From Torpedo marmorata (taxonomy: Eukaryota), in the NCBI GenBank assembly GCA_977017645.1, contig OZ360237.1:13764001-13828000 (forward strand): DNA of 64,000 bases, given 5' to 3'. The number at the start of each line of letters is the position of its first letter. Position 1 is the first letter of the stretch. The translations under genes and the position numbers were made by a program. Below the pieces are notes generated by a model, which ran no database searches, was not told the origin of the DNA, and saw nothing but the letters and a program-made list of their open reading frames with translations. Of the stretch, positions 28,203-41,496 are shown in pieces.

Positions 28203-29285
28203 GTCAGCGGCGGCGCGAGCATCTCGCAGCAGCTCCTCCGGGCATGTGCACGTTGCATGTTAAGTTTGAGAGCCGTGCACAATCGACAAGCAGGAGGATT
28301 GGACAAATGGAGCGTCGGGGATCACCTGGAACCCAACAACAGCACCGGGGTACCTCTGGGTGAGGTCCCCGGGCACTGCTGATGGACCGGCCCACCACTG
28401 CAGTAGCAGGCCTCCAGTCCTCGGTGTCGAGTGGCGTCGGCGGCCGAGGAGAGGGTGCGGAGCGAGGTGCGGGAGGAAGAGGACGGGTTCGGAAGTCGGT
28501 GGCGGAGCGACTGGTTTGGAGCTCGGAGGGACGGGAGTTGGGACCCGCTTCCACGCAGGTACTCACGGATAGCTGCGGCTGTGAGGACTGGAGAACGTTA
28601 CGGAGACCAATGCGAGGTCGGCCGGGGCGGACGTCGGGACCACTGGCCGTAGCAGGTACTTCGGAGTGCGGTGTTGGAGGGAGACGGTGGCGACGTTGGC
28701 GGCCATGGGCACAGTGTGGGGGTTCTCCCCTTCTGGACAACGGCGCGGGGACGCTGAACTCTGCGGAACTCTGGGGTAAAAATGGACTGGGTGGCAGATC
28801 TGTGCTGAAAGTAGCGGACATTTAATATCTTGCCTACTACTATGTTGTTGGGGTATCAAGGCTATTGTCTAGTCCTACTGATTGCTGTATTGTAGTCACT
28901 GCAGTAACGAGGAGGGTTATTCGGGTATTTGGTGTCTTTTATGAATTTTGTGTTGTTCAGTGTGTCCTTACTGCAAGCGTGCTTAAGATGGTGACAGTAG
29001 ATTGCGACGCCTTGCGGGTAAGTGGTCTGGGCTTGGTTATATGTTTTGTCTGGTGCTCATGTTTGTTGCTTGCTTGTTTGGGATGGCTGCGCGTAAATCC
29101 GCAGCGGCTTCCTTGATAGGCTGAGTGGCGTGCAGGGGCTGTCTTGGTCAGTCTTGTTTTGTCTTGTCTGTTAGAGGCATTGTCTTGGCCTTGTCTTGTG
29201 ATTTATGGGCACTGTTCGGGATACGTTTTTTCGTTTTATGCTATGTATGTAGTTTGTAACGACAATAAATTGATTCTGATTATTC
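28203..29285 (+). mobile_element. CpG-rich putative non-autonomous retroposon with LINE-like tail
   Basis: Abrupt GC/CpG-rich start inside a CR1 tail; ends acaataaattgattctgatt; no recognisable protein. Confidence 0.5.
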
Positions 29286-30540
29286 TATGTGCAGCATGGA
29301 CAATTCTTGCCTTGTTTATGTTGACAGGGGTAAGATTTGTACGGAAGAGGATATCCTAAAGATGTTGAACTGATTAACGCAGAAGATGTGATAAATTATA
29401 GACAATAAATAATGTAGCTTACACAGAGGTAATAATTTTAAGACCTTTGCTTGTGGAACACCAGATGATTGGCAAGCAAGTAGCAGAAATTGGGGTCAGG
29501 TTTTAACTCTAAAAACAATAGTTATTGTAAGGCAATGTCCATTGAGCAACTTTCAAATTTGCCCTTGAGAACGAATAAATGCACATGTTGGAAACAAAAT
29601 CATTTACCCTCTACCCCTTGAATCTCCCAACAATCCACTTTAATTGAAGCAAGATTGATCCAATGCCCTATTCTATTATAGCCAGTAGCTCCATACTTTT
29701 GTAATCTTAGTGTTACTACCAGCAGTTGGCTGAAGCCACGTTAAACAACGAGGGCAAGGGGTAAGCCATTTAGGACAGATGAGAAGTTTCTTAACTCAGT
29801 TGTGGAACTCCGTGCAATATAAAATTGTTGAGTCTGGTTCAATAGATATCTTCAAAAGGGAGATAGACATGGCCCTTGTGGTTAAAAGGATGAAGGGGTA
29901 TGGAGATAAAGCAAGAATAAGGTACAAATGTCGCATGATCAGTACTGAATGGTGGTGCAGGCTACTCCTGCAGCTATTTTGTATGATTCCATTGCAGGTC
30001 CTTGCAAGTAAAGTGCCACCTTGTGTTAAATAAAATAACGTACAGTATAACTTGTCCATGGATTTTAACCACCTTTTCACAGTGGCACTTAAACTCCTTG
30101 TCAAATAGAAGGATTGCCCATTCCGACAGCGTTCATACCACATTTACCTCAGTTATCATTAACTAAGATAGGAGACCGCTTAAGTGTTACTGAATTGTAC
30201 TCATCTAAATGGCTTGTGTTTATTGTACCACTACATGGTGGATTCGCACATTGTAGAAAATGTTTATGGTCTTAATTTCTCCAAACAAAAATGGGAGAAA
30301 GCCTGATTTTCTTTTAACTATAACTTCTAACTATACGTAATAGGAATTACGTATTCCTACATTATAAATAATAGCTAATAAGTCTCTTTGTGATTTTAAA
30401 CTGTTCTTTGTTATTTTTAATTATAGAAAAAATTTGAGGTTTTCTCTTTTTTTGCAATTATTGCAGTCTCACCATTTGTTGTCCTACTATTGATTATATT
30501 TCATTCCATGTTTTTGGAAATCCTCCTTTTTTAATTTTAT

Positions 30541-30549
30541 GTGTGTGTG

Positions 30550-30596
<47 letters not shown>

Positions 30597-30640
30597 CAAT
30601 TATAATCTCTCTTTTATATGTATAAGAGAGAGAGAGAGAG
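30541..30640. repeat. Compound (GT)n/(AT)n/(AG)n microsatellite
   Basis: Seen directly. Confidence 0.9.
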
Positions 30641-31472
30641 GTTTGCTCATTTTGTTGTGCTCATCCTGTAGCTTTATAACATTTATATCTATAGTGTGTG
30701 TCCAATGTAGCAACCATCGCAAAGCATTTTAGAGAGATGAATATCTACCAGGAATTGCAATGGGACTTGTAGATGTGGTCAAAGAGAAACATGTGAAAGT
30801 AACTCTTAAAGAGGGAGTAATGAATGTGAGAAGATGCCAGCAAAGGATTTTTGAATGCGTTAAGTTTTTATTGGATAAAGTTTGGCCTTATGGAAAAGGT
30901 AATCTCAACAGCGAGCAAGAAGATTATAGTAAGCAGTAGGGACACAACTGGAATTCAGTCATTGCAGCCCAAAAGGAGGCCTTTTGACCTTCTGCAGTGC
31001 ACTCTTAGATCTATCTCATTCCCTTATTCTGCCCCATAATTCTGCATTTATTTCCCTCAAAAATGCCTATCCAATTTCTTTTTTTGACATCGCGTGTCTC
31101 CACTTACACCATCGTTGTGGGCAGTGAGTTCCTGGTCAATATCATTTGCTTGGGCTATAAAATGGTTCTTTCTAACATTCCCCTCTGTAACTCTTGCCCA
31201 AAACATTTGAACGGTTCCCTGGTTCTTGTAGCATCAGGTAATGAGAAGAGTTTATTCTTTATCAATATTCCCAAACTGTCGTGATCTTGCATGTAAAGGA
31301 GCTTCAGCTGCAGTTTGCATGAGAGAGTGGAGTGAAGATGGACATGGACATGAACACAAACTGGATCATTACAGTAACAAGAACAACGGAAAGAGGAGTA
31401 CAGGATACTTTATGAAAACTCAATCAGTTTAGAGAATTTAAAAAAATACTTGAAATGCAATAATCCAAAACA

Positions 31473-31700
31473 CGGCACAGTTAGCGTAGCGGTTAATGCA
31501 ACGCTATTACAGAGCCAGCGACCCAGCTTTGAATCCGGCGCTCTCCATAAGGAGTTTGTATGTTCTCCCCATGTCTGCGTGGGTTTCTTCCAGGTGCTCC
31601 GGTTTCCTCCCACCCTTTAAAATGTATGGGGGTTTTAGGTTAATTGGGGTATTTGGGCAGCACGGGTTACCGTGCTGTATGTTAAAATTAAAAGTGAAAT
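31473..31700 (+). mobile_element. tRNA-derived V-SINE (HE1-like)
   Basis: A/B-box-like head plus V-domain ggagtttgtatgttctccccatgtctgcgtgggtt. Confidence 0.85.
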
Positions 31701-31945
31701 AATGCTAGAAATTTTGGTGAATTTGAGATGGGGAGAAAATCACCAGTCAATGCAATAGATTTTGTTATCTTAAGCTGGATTCTATTTGGTAAGCTGTGTT
31801 TACTGGGGTTGCAAGTCTCTCATGCAGTAGAGCAGCAATTTGAACTAATAAACCACCAGCGTAGTAGGTTAAAGGAAGAAAGCCTGGAATGTTTAACAGA
31901 GGTGTATGCAGAGGTAATATTGTGCCCTGAGAGCTTGAGCTCTAC

Positions 31946-32185
31946 CTTTCGCTCTGCACTTTCGCAGTTCCCTGTCCTGTATGAATCCAGCAAACATCTG
32001 TGACTCCATGAAGACCTCCAGAAAGCGTCGGATGCTCTTGGATGCCACTGACTTGCGGAAGGCTTCTCTCTGGAATATTCGTTCATTCCTCTCATTTTGG
32101 GTCAAAAATAGCGAATAATGGCCGATAGTTTCCACAAAGAAACGGATGAAAGCTTCTGAGACCAGATTGTTCAGTGTGTTGCACT
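31946..32185 (-). CDS. DENND2B: DENND2B exon (dDENN; ECNTLNNLVSEAFIRFFVETIGHY...DRELRKCRAK)
   Basis: 240 bp, ctcag acceptor and gtaga donor; FRKSVASKSIRRFLEVFMESQMFAGFIQDRELRKCRAKG matches ST5 as recalled. Confidence 0.95.
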
Positions 32186-33844
32186 CTGAGGATAAGATAA
32201 AGACGAAGGGTTATTTTGAGTTTAGTTTTTCACATCATTTCTCTAATTCTATCTCTGCTTGCGGAATGGCTGGATTTCACAGCACTGGTGACAGCTGAGA
32301 TGCAGTTTTTAAAAGTTGTGAGGCATAACTTTACATTCTAGCCATCGGCCATTCACAATGCCAAGGTGTCCATGCTGAACATCCGTGCTTTGGAGCCTCA
32401 ACCAGTGTATCAGTGCTTGCTGAGACTGATTCACTCTCCCACCCTTTAAGGTTCTGCTGATGCCCAAGACTGGATGCTAAAACGCAGGTCCAGGATGTTC
32501 TCCCATTTTAGTGCCTTGGTGCCATTACACAGAGCTACAAGTTCTTGTTCAGAGTTTGTAGGAACCAAATTTAAGATATTTATCAGCATTAACACCAAAT
32601 TTAAAAGAGCAAGAACCGAGCAGAATGATCGCATTGGTTTGAAAGAGAATGGTGTGAATAGGGTTAAAATAGGTGAAACTGTGGGAAGGTGTAAATGAAT
32701 GTCATGAAACAAAGTGGCAGAAGCCTATGTTTTGTGGGGAGGAGGATCTAGTAACTTGTGGATTGTTGGGTGATAGAGGAGGAAAAGAATTGCAACATTT
32801 ATAAAGATGGAAATAAGAAGGTGAAGGTTAGCTTAAAATGGGAGTACTGTGGCATGTAACACCAACTGAACACAGAATAATTACAGGTTGCAGGGAAGAA
32901 GTGATTAGTAGAAGAATGGAATAAACAGGTGTTTTGGAAGAGAGGTCTGTGTATTTCCGGGTTGGATGGTGTGCAGTATGAGCAGGCTCCATCTGCATGA
33001 AAGTGAATGTCGCAGAACATTTTGGACGGATACACTGAAAATACCATTCTCACTGATGAATGTTTGTCACTTGCTAACACAAGTCCAAAATGAATTTTCA
33101 AAATCTTGATTTCAACATTTTTATTTCCTGTTTCATGATTGTTTCTAAAACTACGACAGTCCTGTTATATTTATAAATTCCCTACAATGATACCTGGGTG
33201 GGAGTGAGGGTGGATGTGAGAACAGATCGTGGGAGCAATTCAGCTGGATAGAGCAATCTATACAGACATTCATAGCTTTACAAAGACCTTGAAGCAGTTT
33301 GTTTTCATGCATCAGCACTGCAAGTCTGCAGTGTGTGGAAGTAATATTTTTTATTGTATGGGAAGCTTTTTAGATAGCAACTGCAGCCAACAATACCACA
33401 GCAATTTTCTGACTTAATTCCACAGACCCAGCTTCAAGAGGAAATTGCATTTTAGGCTCCAAGTTGGCCTGGACATGGGATTGTTACGTTGTTCATTTCA
33501 TTGCCGAGTGTCAACAAAACCAGCAGTCCCAAACAGGTCATGGTGCACTGTATCAAGTATGTACTAAATGTGCATATGTCAGAACCAATGTTATTACTGG
33601 AGTGGCCCCTTTATTAATTAAGAACATTGAGAAGAGTTTTTCTTGCTCAATACAAATATTGTACAGGGAAAAACAAAGAAGCACAATTTTTTGTACATGA
33701 CAAAGGAACGTACATTTTGCATAAATGATTTCCCACAAATATTATGCTTATCCAGGCACTATCTACTTCTACACAACACAAAAAATGTCCAGAAGAGAGT
33801 GATATTTTTAATGGCAGTAAAGAAATATCCAAGAGAGTTCTCAC

Positions 33845-33956
33845 CATCATCAGACTCGCTATCTGAATCTTGATTGACAAGTTCATTCTTCTGCTCCAGA
33901 GCCTGATCCAAAGCAGCCTGCAGTTTGCGTGGCAGAAGTGAGTCTTCATCATCCAT
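33845..33956 (-). CDS. DENND2B: DENND2B exon (MDDEDSLLPRKLQAALDQALEQKNELVNQDSDSESDD)
   Basis: 112 bp, ctag acceptor and gtgag donor; DENND2-type LPRKLQAAL motif. Confidence 0.93.
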
Positions 33957-34244
33957 CTAGTGATGACAAAATAAATTGCGGATGTTCATCTATTCTAGAG
34001 TCTAGTGTTTTTTGATAAATTATCGTCAGTTATGTTCATACATTGTGCATTACGTACTTCAAGCAGAGACAATCGAAAACTTCAATTACATAATGTCTGT
34101 GTTTCAGTATTTATTTCATTTATGGTAGCATCAGTGCGGCCTGCCGTTCAACCACTGACACACCATCCGGCCCATGCATGGTAAAAGGTTGCCCGCCCCT
34201 GATCTAGACTGTGAGTCCTTTATATTCGTTAAGGAAGTAATTAC

Positions 34245-34870
34245 TCCCACACCTTCCCCTTCCCATTTCCCTCTCCTCCCCTTCATTCCCATTCTCCCAC
34301 CCCCATTTCATTCCCCCCTTCAATCCCACCCGCCCTTCGTTCCATCTCTCACCCCCCCTTCGTTCACCCCTCTCTCACCCCTCCGTTCCCCCCCTTACCA
34401 TTCCCCCTCTCTCACCCCCCACCGTTCCCTCTCACCCCTTTTCCTCCCTCTTATCCCCTCTTCAGTCCTCCCTCTCTCACCCTCCCATTTCGTTCCCCCT
34501 TCTCTCATCCCCTTCGTTCCCCTTCTCTCACCCCCTTCTCTCACCCCCCTATTTTGTTCCCCTCTCTCGCCCCCCATTTCGTTCCCCCCCTCCCTCACCC
34601 CCATTTTGTTCTCCCCTCCCTCACCCCGCTCTCACCCCTTTTGTTCCCCCCTCTCTCACCCCCTTTGTTCCCCATTCTCGCACCCCCCCTTCGTTCCACC
34701 CTCTCATCCCCCCCATTTCGTTCCACCCTCTCATCCCACCCATTTCGTTCCAACCTCTCACCCCCCTTCGTTCCCCCCTCTCTCACCCCCCCTTCGTTCC
34801 TCACTTCCTTCCCCCCTCTCTCATCCCCCCTTTCCCTTGCCCTCTCCTCCCTGTTTCCCTCTCCCTATTT
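34245..34870. repeat. Pyrimidine-rich degenerate minisatellite (ttcgttcccccctctctcacccc-like units)
   Basis: Strong C/T strand bias with recurring 20-25 bp units. Confidence 0.85.
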
Positions 34871-35037
34871 TAACCAGCATCCCTGGCACTTCAATTTGAC
34901 TTCACTGCCACACTTGATTTTCATGTGTAATGGAGATCTGCACACATAATCCTTGATAACATTAAATCCTGGTTTTAATGCATGCACATGTTTTCCCACT
35001 TTGGACAGAAAGATGGTTCTGCTGAAATCGTCCTTAC

Positions 35038-35079
35038 CTGTCGCAGAAAGCGATCAGCTCCTAGATCAACCATCAGTGC
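35038..35079 (-). CDS. DENND2B: DENND2B exon (ALMVDLGADRFLRQ)
   Basis: 42-bp phase 0/0 exon with cag acceptor and gtaagg donor; continues the DENN domain. Confidence 0.9.
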
Positions 35080-36064
35080 CTGAATAAATAAACACACACA
35101 ATTTATATATTCATGGTCAGCAGAATTTCTTATTGAAAGTATGCCCGACCCTAAAGCAAGGTTAATCCTTAGACCTGGCTTGTTGCAAAAATTAAATCTG
35201 CCTGTCAAACCCTTCACCAAAATCTAATAGGGTTCCACTCCTTGCCTTGGAATTCAAAATAATGAAATTCAGTGTTTACAATGGATGTCATAGCTTGTGG
35301 CTGGGATTTTCCAAGAAAAAGAAAAGCTGTTGTCTTTAGCATTGGCCAGAAGCAATGAAACACTCAGTGCTGACATCAAATCTTTACTGTTGTCGTTCTC
35401 AATCTTACCATTTATTTCAACCCCGAGTGTAAGCTCCCCTTTATTTCTGTGTCACCAAGACATCTGTCTGCGTGTACTTCAATCTTACAACTTCCAACTC
35501 CGTGTCACCCACCATAACGTCACTCTCCTCCACCCCTCCATAAATCTCACACCTCTGCCCTGGCCTCTATCCTTCAATATTTAAAATTCTACGAGCCACT
35601 GTGTACAGTATAGTACCAGTCACTCATTACCTTGGCCTTACCAATCCACACTGGCTTCCAGAAATCCAGTACCTCAAAGTTAAAATTCTTCCTTTACCGT
35701 TTTACCCCTTCCTAACTTGCTAAGGCCTCCCAATCTTTTTCATTTCTCTGCATGGTTTCCGGTACATACCTGCACTCTACTTTTCCAACAGCAGCTGGGG
35801 CCTAGGTACTGGTGACCTTATCCTGAACATTTCCTTATCCTTCTCCAATGTATGTTTTTTTTTAAAAACAAAGCTTTTGGTCAGCTCTCCTATAATGTTT
35901 ATATTTAGCTTTTCTGCTATGCTTCTTTTTCCTTAATCACCTGGAAAGAACCCTGAACTATTTTTCTATGTAACTGATGCTACATGTTTGCAAATTATTG
36001 TTTCCTGCTTATTATGTTTCCCAGAAAGTAATTTAAACACATGATATACCGGTAGTTGCTTTGT

Positions 36065-36380
36065 AGAACACAGAAATCTACAGCACAGTACTGGCACTTT
36101 GGCCCACAGTGTTGTGCCGACCTAATAACCTACTCTCACATTGGCCTAAAATTTCCCTCTTGCATAACCCTCCATTTTTTTCAGTTCCATATACCTATCT
36201 AATAGCCTCTTAAAAGATCCTTTCATACCTGCCTCCACCACCGTTGCTGGCAGCGCATTCCATGCACCCAACACTCTCTGTGGAAAAACTTGCCTTTTAC
36301 CTTGTACTTACTCCCAAGCACCTTAAAACGATGCCCCCTCCTGTTAGCCATTTCAGCCCTGGGTAAAAGCCTCTGGCCAT
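36065..36380 (-). mobile_element. CR1 3' end fragment
   Basis: Typical CR1 3'UTR on the reverse strand. Confidence 0.65.
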
Positions 36381-36789
36381 CCACATTCTGTGTTTATTCT
36401 GATTTCTGAGTTTATTAAAAGCAATAGATTGTAATTTTGGAGGCAGAGCACAATTAACTTGCATGACCATGGAGGTGAATTTCTCGGTATGAAGATCCAT
36501 CCAAACCACTTAATCACTTTGGCACTCAAACATTCTGTGTGCTTAACTTGTATATGAGCTTGCAGTGGAAGTGACGAAAGCCTTGTTGAGATGACGCAAT
36601 ACTTTCTGGACACAGGTCAGAGCCCCCAGACAGCCAATGTAGAAGATCTATAATGTACTTGTGGTTGCAATGTCGGGAAATTAAGATTTGACATTTCATT
36701 TCTTTCAGCGCAAGGATTTGACACTGGGGCACATCGATTATCATTGAAACCTGCACTAGGAAACCTGCCTTTATAAAATGTGTTCTTAC

Positions 36790-36967
36790 CTCTTCCACTG
36801 GAAGTTCCTTTAGTTTGGGGAGAGAGTTAGAGAGCAAGCCCACCAGGAAGGGTGTTGGACAGCAGACAATGTCGATCATGGAGGATGGAAGCACTGGTAT
36901 GAAGGTGTGTTGCCAGGAGAACGGGTACAGCAGGGCCACCACTGCATGGGCACAGTTGGACAAAGTG
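36790..36967 (-). CDS. DENND2B: DENND2B/ST5 internal exon (DENN core; STLSNCAHAVVALLYPFSWQHTFIPVLP...ELPVEE)
   Basis: DENN motif LLYPFSWQHTFIPVLP...CCPTPFLVG; tacag acceptor and gtaaga donor; 178 bp, ends in phase 0 like the start of the next exon. Confidence 0.93.
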
Positions 36968-37179
36968 CTGTATAAACATATCATCAACAAGTTAATTCTG
37001 CTGTTCACTGTGATTTATTGCCTTCCTAAAATATGATCTGAAATAAAAGAGATGATAATCCTTAAAATTAGTGATTTTACTTAGAAACTGGATGCATCAC
37101 AGTTTGCTGCAGGAACTGTCGTTTTAACTGAACTTTTCTCTGTTACACTATATTCTGCACTTTTGTTTTATTATTAAAC

Positions 37180-38290
37180 AAAGTTTTTCACAAGGTATCC
37201 ATGGAGAGGTTGTAAACTGGATTCGAAATTTGCTGAATTGGGAGAAGACAGAGTGGTAGTGGATGATTGCTTCTCCGACTGGAGGCCTGTGATTAGTGGT
37301 GTGCCTCAGGGATCGGTGTTGGGACCATTATTGTTTGTTGTCTATATCAATGATCTGGATGATAATGTAGTAAATTGATCAGCAAGTTTGCTGATGACAC
37401 TAAGATTGGAGACATTGTGGACAGCAAGGAAGGCTTTCAAAGCTTGCAGAGGGATCTGGACCAACTGGAAAAATGGGCCAGAAAGTGGCAGATGGAATTT
37501 AATGCAGAAAAGTGTGAGGTGTTGCATTTTGGAAGGGCAAACCAAGGTAGGACATACATGGTAAATGGTAGGGCACTGAGGAGTGCGGTAGAACAAAGGG
37601 ATCTGGGAATTCAGATACATAATTCCCTGAACGTGGCGTCACAGGTAGACAGGGTTGTGAAGAAAACTTTTGGCATCTTGGCCTTCGTAAATCAAAGTAT
37701 TGAGTACAGGAGTTGGGATGTTATGGTGAGGTTGTATAAGACATTGGTGAGGCTAAATTTGGAGTATTGTGTGCAGTTCTGGTCGCCTAACTACAGGAAG
37801 GATATCAGTAAGATTGAAAGAGTGCAGAGAAGATTTACTAGGATGTTGCCGGGTCTTCAGGAGTTGAGTTACACGGAAAGATTAAACAGGTTAGGACTTT
37901 ATTCCTTGGAGTGTAGAAGAATGAGGGGAAATTTGATAGAGGTTTACAAAATTATGAGAGGTATAGACAGAGTAAATGCGAGTAGGATCTTTCTACTTAG
38001 ATTAGGAGAGATAAATACAAGAGGACATGGCTTTAGGGGGAAAGGTTTAGGGGAACATTAGGGGGAATGACTTCACTCAGAGTGTGGTGGGAGTGTGGAA
38101 CGAGTTGCCATCTGATGTGGTAAATGCGGGGTCACTCAAGTTTTAAAAATAAATTGGATAGATACATGGATGGGAGAGGTCTGGAGGGTTATGGAACAGG
38201 TGCAGGTCAGTGGGACTAGCGGTATGATGTTTTCGGCACAGACTAGAATGGCCGAATGGCCTGTTTTCTGTGCTGTAGTGTTCTATGGTT
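37180..38290 (+). mobile_element. CR1 LINE 3' part (RT)
   Basis: [35 protein letters not shown]; ttctatggttc tail. Confidence 0.92.
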
Positions 38291-38476
38291 CGACAGTACC
38301 AGGTGTACTTAAGTATAGGGTGACTTCCTGGATAGCACACAAAACGAAGTTTTTCACTGCATCTCAGTACAGTACACGTGACAGTTCAATGAAACTTAAA
38401 GATAGAATGATACCCAAATCGAAGAATGCACAAAAGAAATGTCAGTAATTTCAACCAGAAACTCATCACACTTCCT

Positions 38477-40170
38477 TAACCATATAACCATATAACAATT
38501 ACAGCACGGAAACAGGCCATTAGGCCCTTCCAGTCTGCACCGAACCAAACATTCCTATCTAGTCCCACCTACCTGCACCCTGCCCATAACTCTCCACTTC
38601 CTTCTCATCCATATACTTGTCCAACTTTTTCTTAAATAATAAAATTGACTCTGCCGCCACTACTTCTCCCGGAAGCTCATTCCACACTGCTACCACTCTC
38701 TGAGTAAAGAAGTTCCCCCTCATGTTACCTCTAAACCTCTGCCCCTTAACTCTTAGCTCATGTCCTCTTGTTTCAATCTCTCCTACTCTTAATGGAAATA
38801 GTCTATCCACATCCACTCTGTCTATCCCTTTCATAATTTTAAATACCTCTATCAAATCCCCTCTCAACCTTCTACGCTCCAAAGAATAAAGACCTAATCT
38901 GCTCAATCTCTCCTTGTACTCTAGATTCTTAAACCCAGGTAACATTCTGGTAAACCTTCTCTGCACTCTCTCCACCTTGTTGATATCCTTCCTATAATTT
39001 GGCGACCAGAACTGCACACAGAACTCTAAATTAGGCCGCACCAAAGCCTTATATAATCTCAACATCACTTCCCAACTCCTATATTCTATGCAATGATTGA
39101 TAAAGGCCAGCATACTAAAAGCCTTCTTCACCACCCTATTCACATGAGTTTCCACCTTCAGGGAACGATGCACCGTTATTCCTAAATCTTTCTGCTCGTC
39201 TGTATTCATCAATGCTCTCCCATTTACTACATATGTCCTGTTCTGATTCTTCTTACCAAAATGAAGCACCTCACACTTATCAGCATTAAACTCCATCTGC
39301 CATTTTTCAGCCCACTTTTCTAAGCAGCCCAAATCCCTCTGCAATCCTTGAAAACCTTCTTCATTATCCACTATTCCACCTATCTTAGTATCATCTGCAT
39401 ATTTACTAATCCAGTTTACCACCCCATCATCTAGATCATTGATATATATAATGAACAACAATGGGCCCAATACAGATCCCTGAGGCACACCGCTGGTCAC
39501 CGGCCTCCAACCTGACAGACAATTATCCACTACCACTCTCTGGGCTCTCCCTTCCAGCCAAAGTTCAATCCATTTGACTATCTCAGAATTTATACCTAAA
39601 GACTGCACCTTCCTAACTAACCTTCCATGCGGAACCTTATCGAAGGCCTTACTGAAGTCCATATAGACAACATCCACCGCGCTACCCTCATCCATATTCC
39701 TAGTCACCTCTTCAAAAAATTCAATCAGATTGGTCAAACAGGACCTTCTGCTCACAAATCCGTGTTGAGAGTTCCTGATCAGACCCTGTCTATCCAGATA
39801 TTTATAAGTACTATCTCTGAGAACTTTTTCCATTAATTTACCTACCACAGACGCCAAACTTACAGGCCAATAATTGCCAGGCTTCCTCCTTGAACCCTTT
39901 TTAAATAACGGAACCACATGCGCAATACGCCAATCCTCCGGCACAATCCCCATCTCTAATGACATTTGGAAAATCACCATCAGAGCCTCTGCTATTTCTT
40001 CACTTACTTCTCTCAAGGTCCTGGGGAAGATCCCGTCGGGTCCCGGAGACTTATCCACCTTTATATGCCTCAAAAGCCCTAACACTACATCTTTCGTAAT
40101 CCCTATATTCTCCATATTTACCCAATTTGCTTTTTTTATCTCGCATATCTCAATATCCTTCTCCTTGATA
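38477..40170 (-). mobile_element. Young 5'-truncated CR1 with 518-aa open ORF2 RT segment
   Basis: [28 protein letters not shown] uninterrupted; (taaccata)n tail. Confidence 0.95.
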
Positions 40171-40944
40171 AAACATTTTGGGTTGTTATAATTTTTTTTT
40201 ATTGAAGTGGAGGAGGTTGCTCGTCAAGGTGGTTAATAGGTAGAAATTTAACCAGTAGCACTCATGGTTTGCCTTGAAATGAGGATTTCATACGAGGATT
40301 CCACGTCCCAATCTTATGGCTTTTTAATGAAACCAAATGGTGTAAATATATCATACAACCCAAATCAAAAGCAAAATCAATTTTAGTTGATTAAACATTT
40401 TCCCAGCAGCTTAAGTAAATTATGAGTAATAATTCAATATAATAATATGATCACAAAGTATGACTTTCTCCATGATATCACTGCTGACCAGCCTGTTGAC
40501 TAGATTGATTCATGGGACACGTATTTATGAACATACAAATTAGGTTCAGGAGTAGGCCACTCAGCCCGTCAAGTTTGCTCCACCTTTCAGTAAGCTCACA
40601 GCTGATCTGACATCCAATCATATTCCAGCCTCCAACCCATTTGTTTACCAAAAATCTATCAAGGTCAATATTTAAAATATTCATAGACTCTGCTTCTACT
40701 GCCCTTTGAGGAAGAGAATTCATGACAGTCCAACATAGAAAATATTTTGCCTCATTTTTATTATTATTATAATTATTATATTTTATAATTCTGCAATTCC
40801 CTAGTTCCAAATTCTCCCACACCAGCAATCATCTCTCCATATCCAGTTTGTCAAGACTTCTCAGGGCCTTGTATGTCTAACCCAAGTCCCTCCTCACTCT
40901 ACCAAACTCTATCAACTACACGCCCAGCATGTGTAACCTGTCCT

Positions 40945-41108
40945 CATCTAGCAGCTTGCCTCTTCCAGGTATCAGTTAACTAAGTCACCTGGCAGCCTGT
41001 CTCTTCCAGGTATCGGTTAATTAAATCATCTAGCTGCCTACCTCTTCCAGGTATTGGTTATCTAAATTATCTAGCAGCCTGCCACTTCCAGATATCAGTT
41101 AACAAAAC
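40945..41108. repeat. Four ~41-bp tandem units inside an old CR1
   Basis: catctagcagc...cttccaggtatcagttaa repeated four times. Confidence 0.8.
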
Positions 41109-41496
41109 CATCTTTGGACTACTCTAACATTTTAGCACCATTCCCTAAATAAGAAGACCAATACTCTACATCAGTGGTTTTCAAACTGCCCCCCTAAACT
41201 CACATTCCACCTTAAGCAATCCCTATGCCATAAGTGCTCTGTGATTAGTAAGGGATTTCTAAAGGTGGTATGTGAGTGGGAAGGGAAGGTTGAGAACCAC
41301 GGCTCTAGACCCAATTGTTACTGAAATATTTTGCTTGAGAAAAATTGTCATTGGCCCATTTCCTTTGGAGTTATGAAACCGTGCACCTAACGAGTCAATT
41401 AGGTACAATTAAAACAGTGGTTTTCCACCTTTTTCTTTCCACTCACATACCACCTTAAGCAATTCCTTACTAATCACAGAGCACTTATGGCATAGG

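Noticed and set aside
28204-28859. Overlapping GC-rich ORFs as a gene
   Set aside because: Open frames on both strands reflect GC content; no motif recognised.
34174-34949. Pro-rich ORFs
   Set aside because: Translation of a C/T-rich repeat; no splice or homology support.
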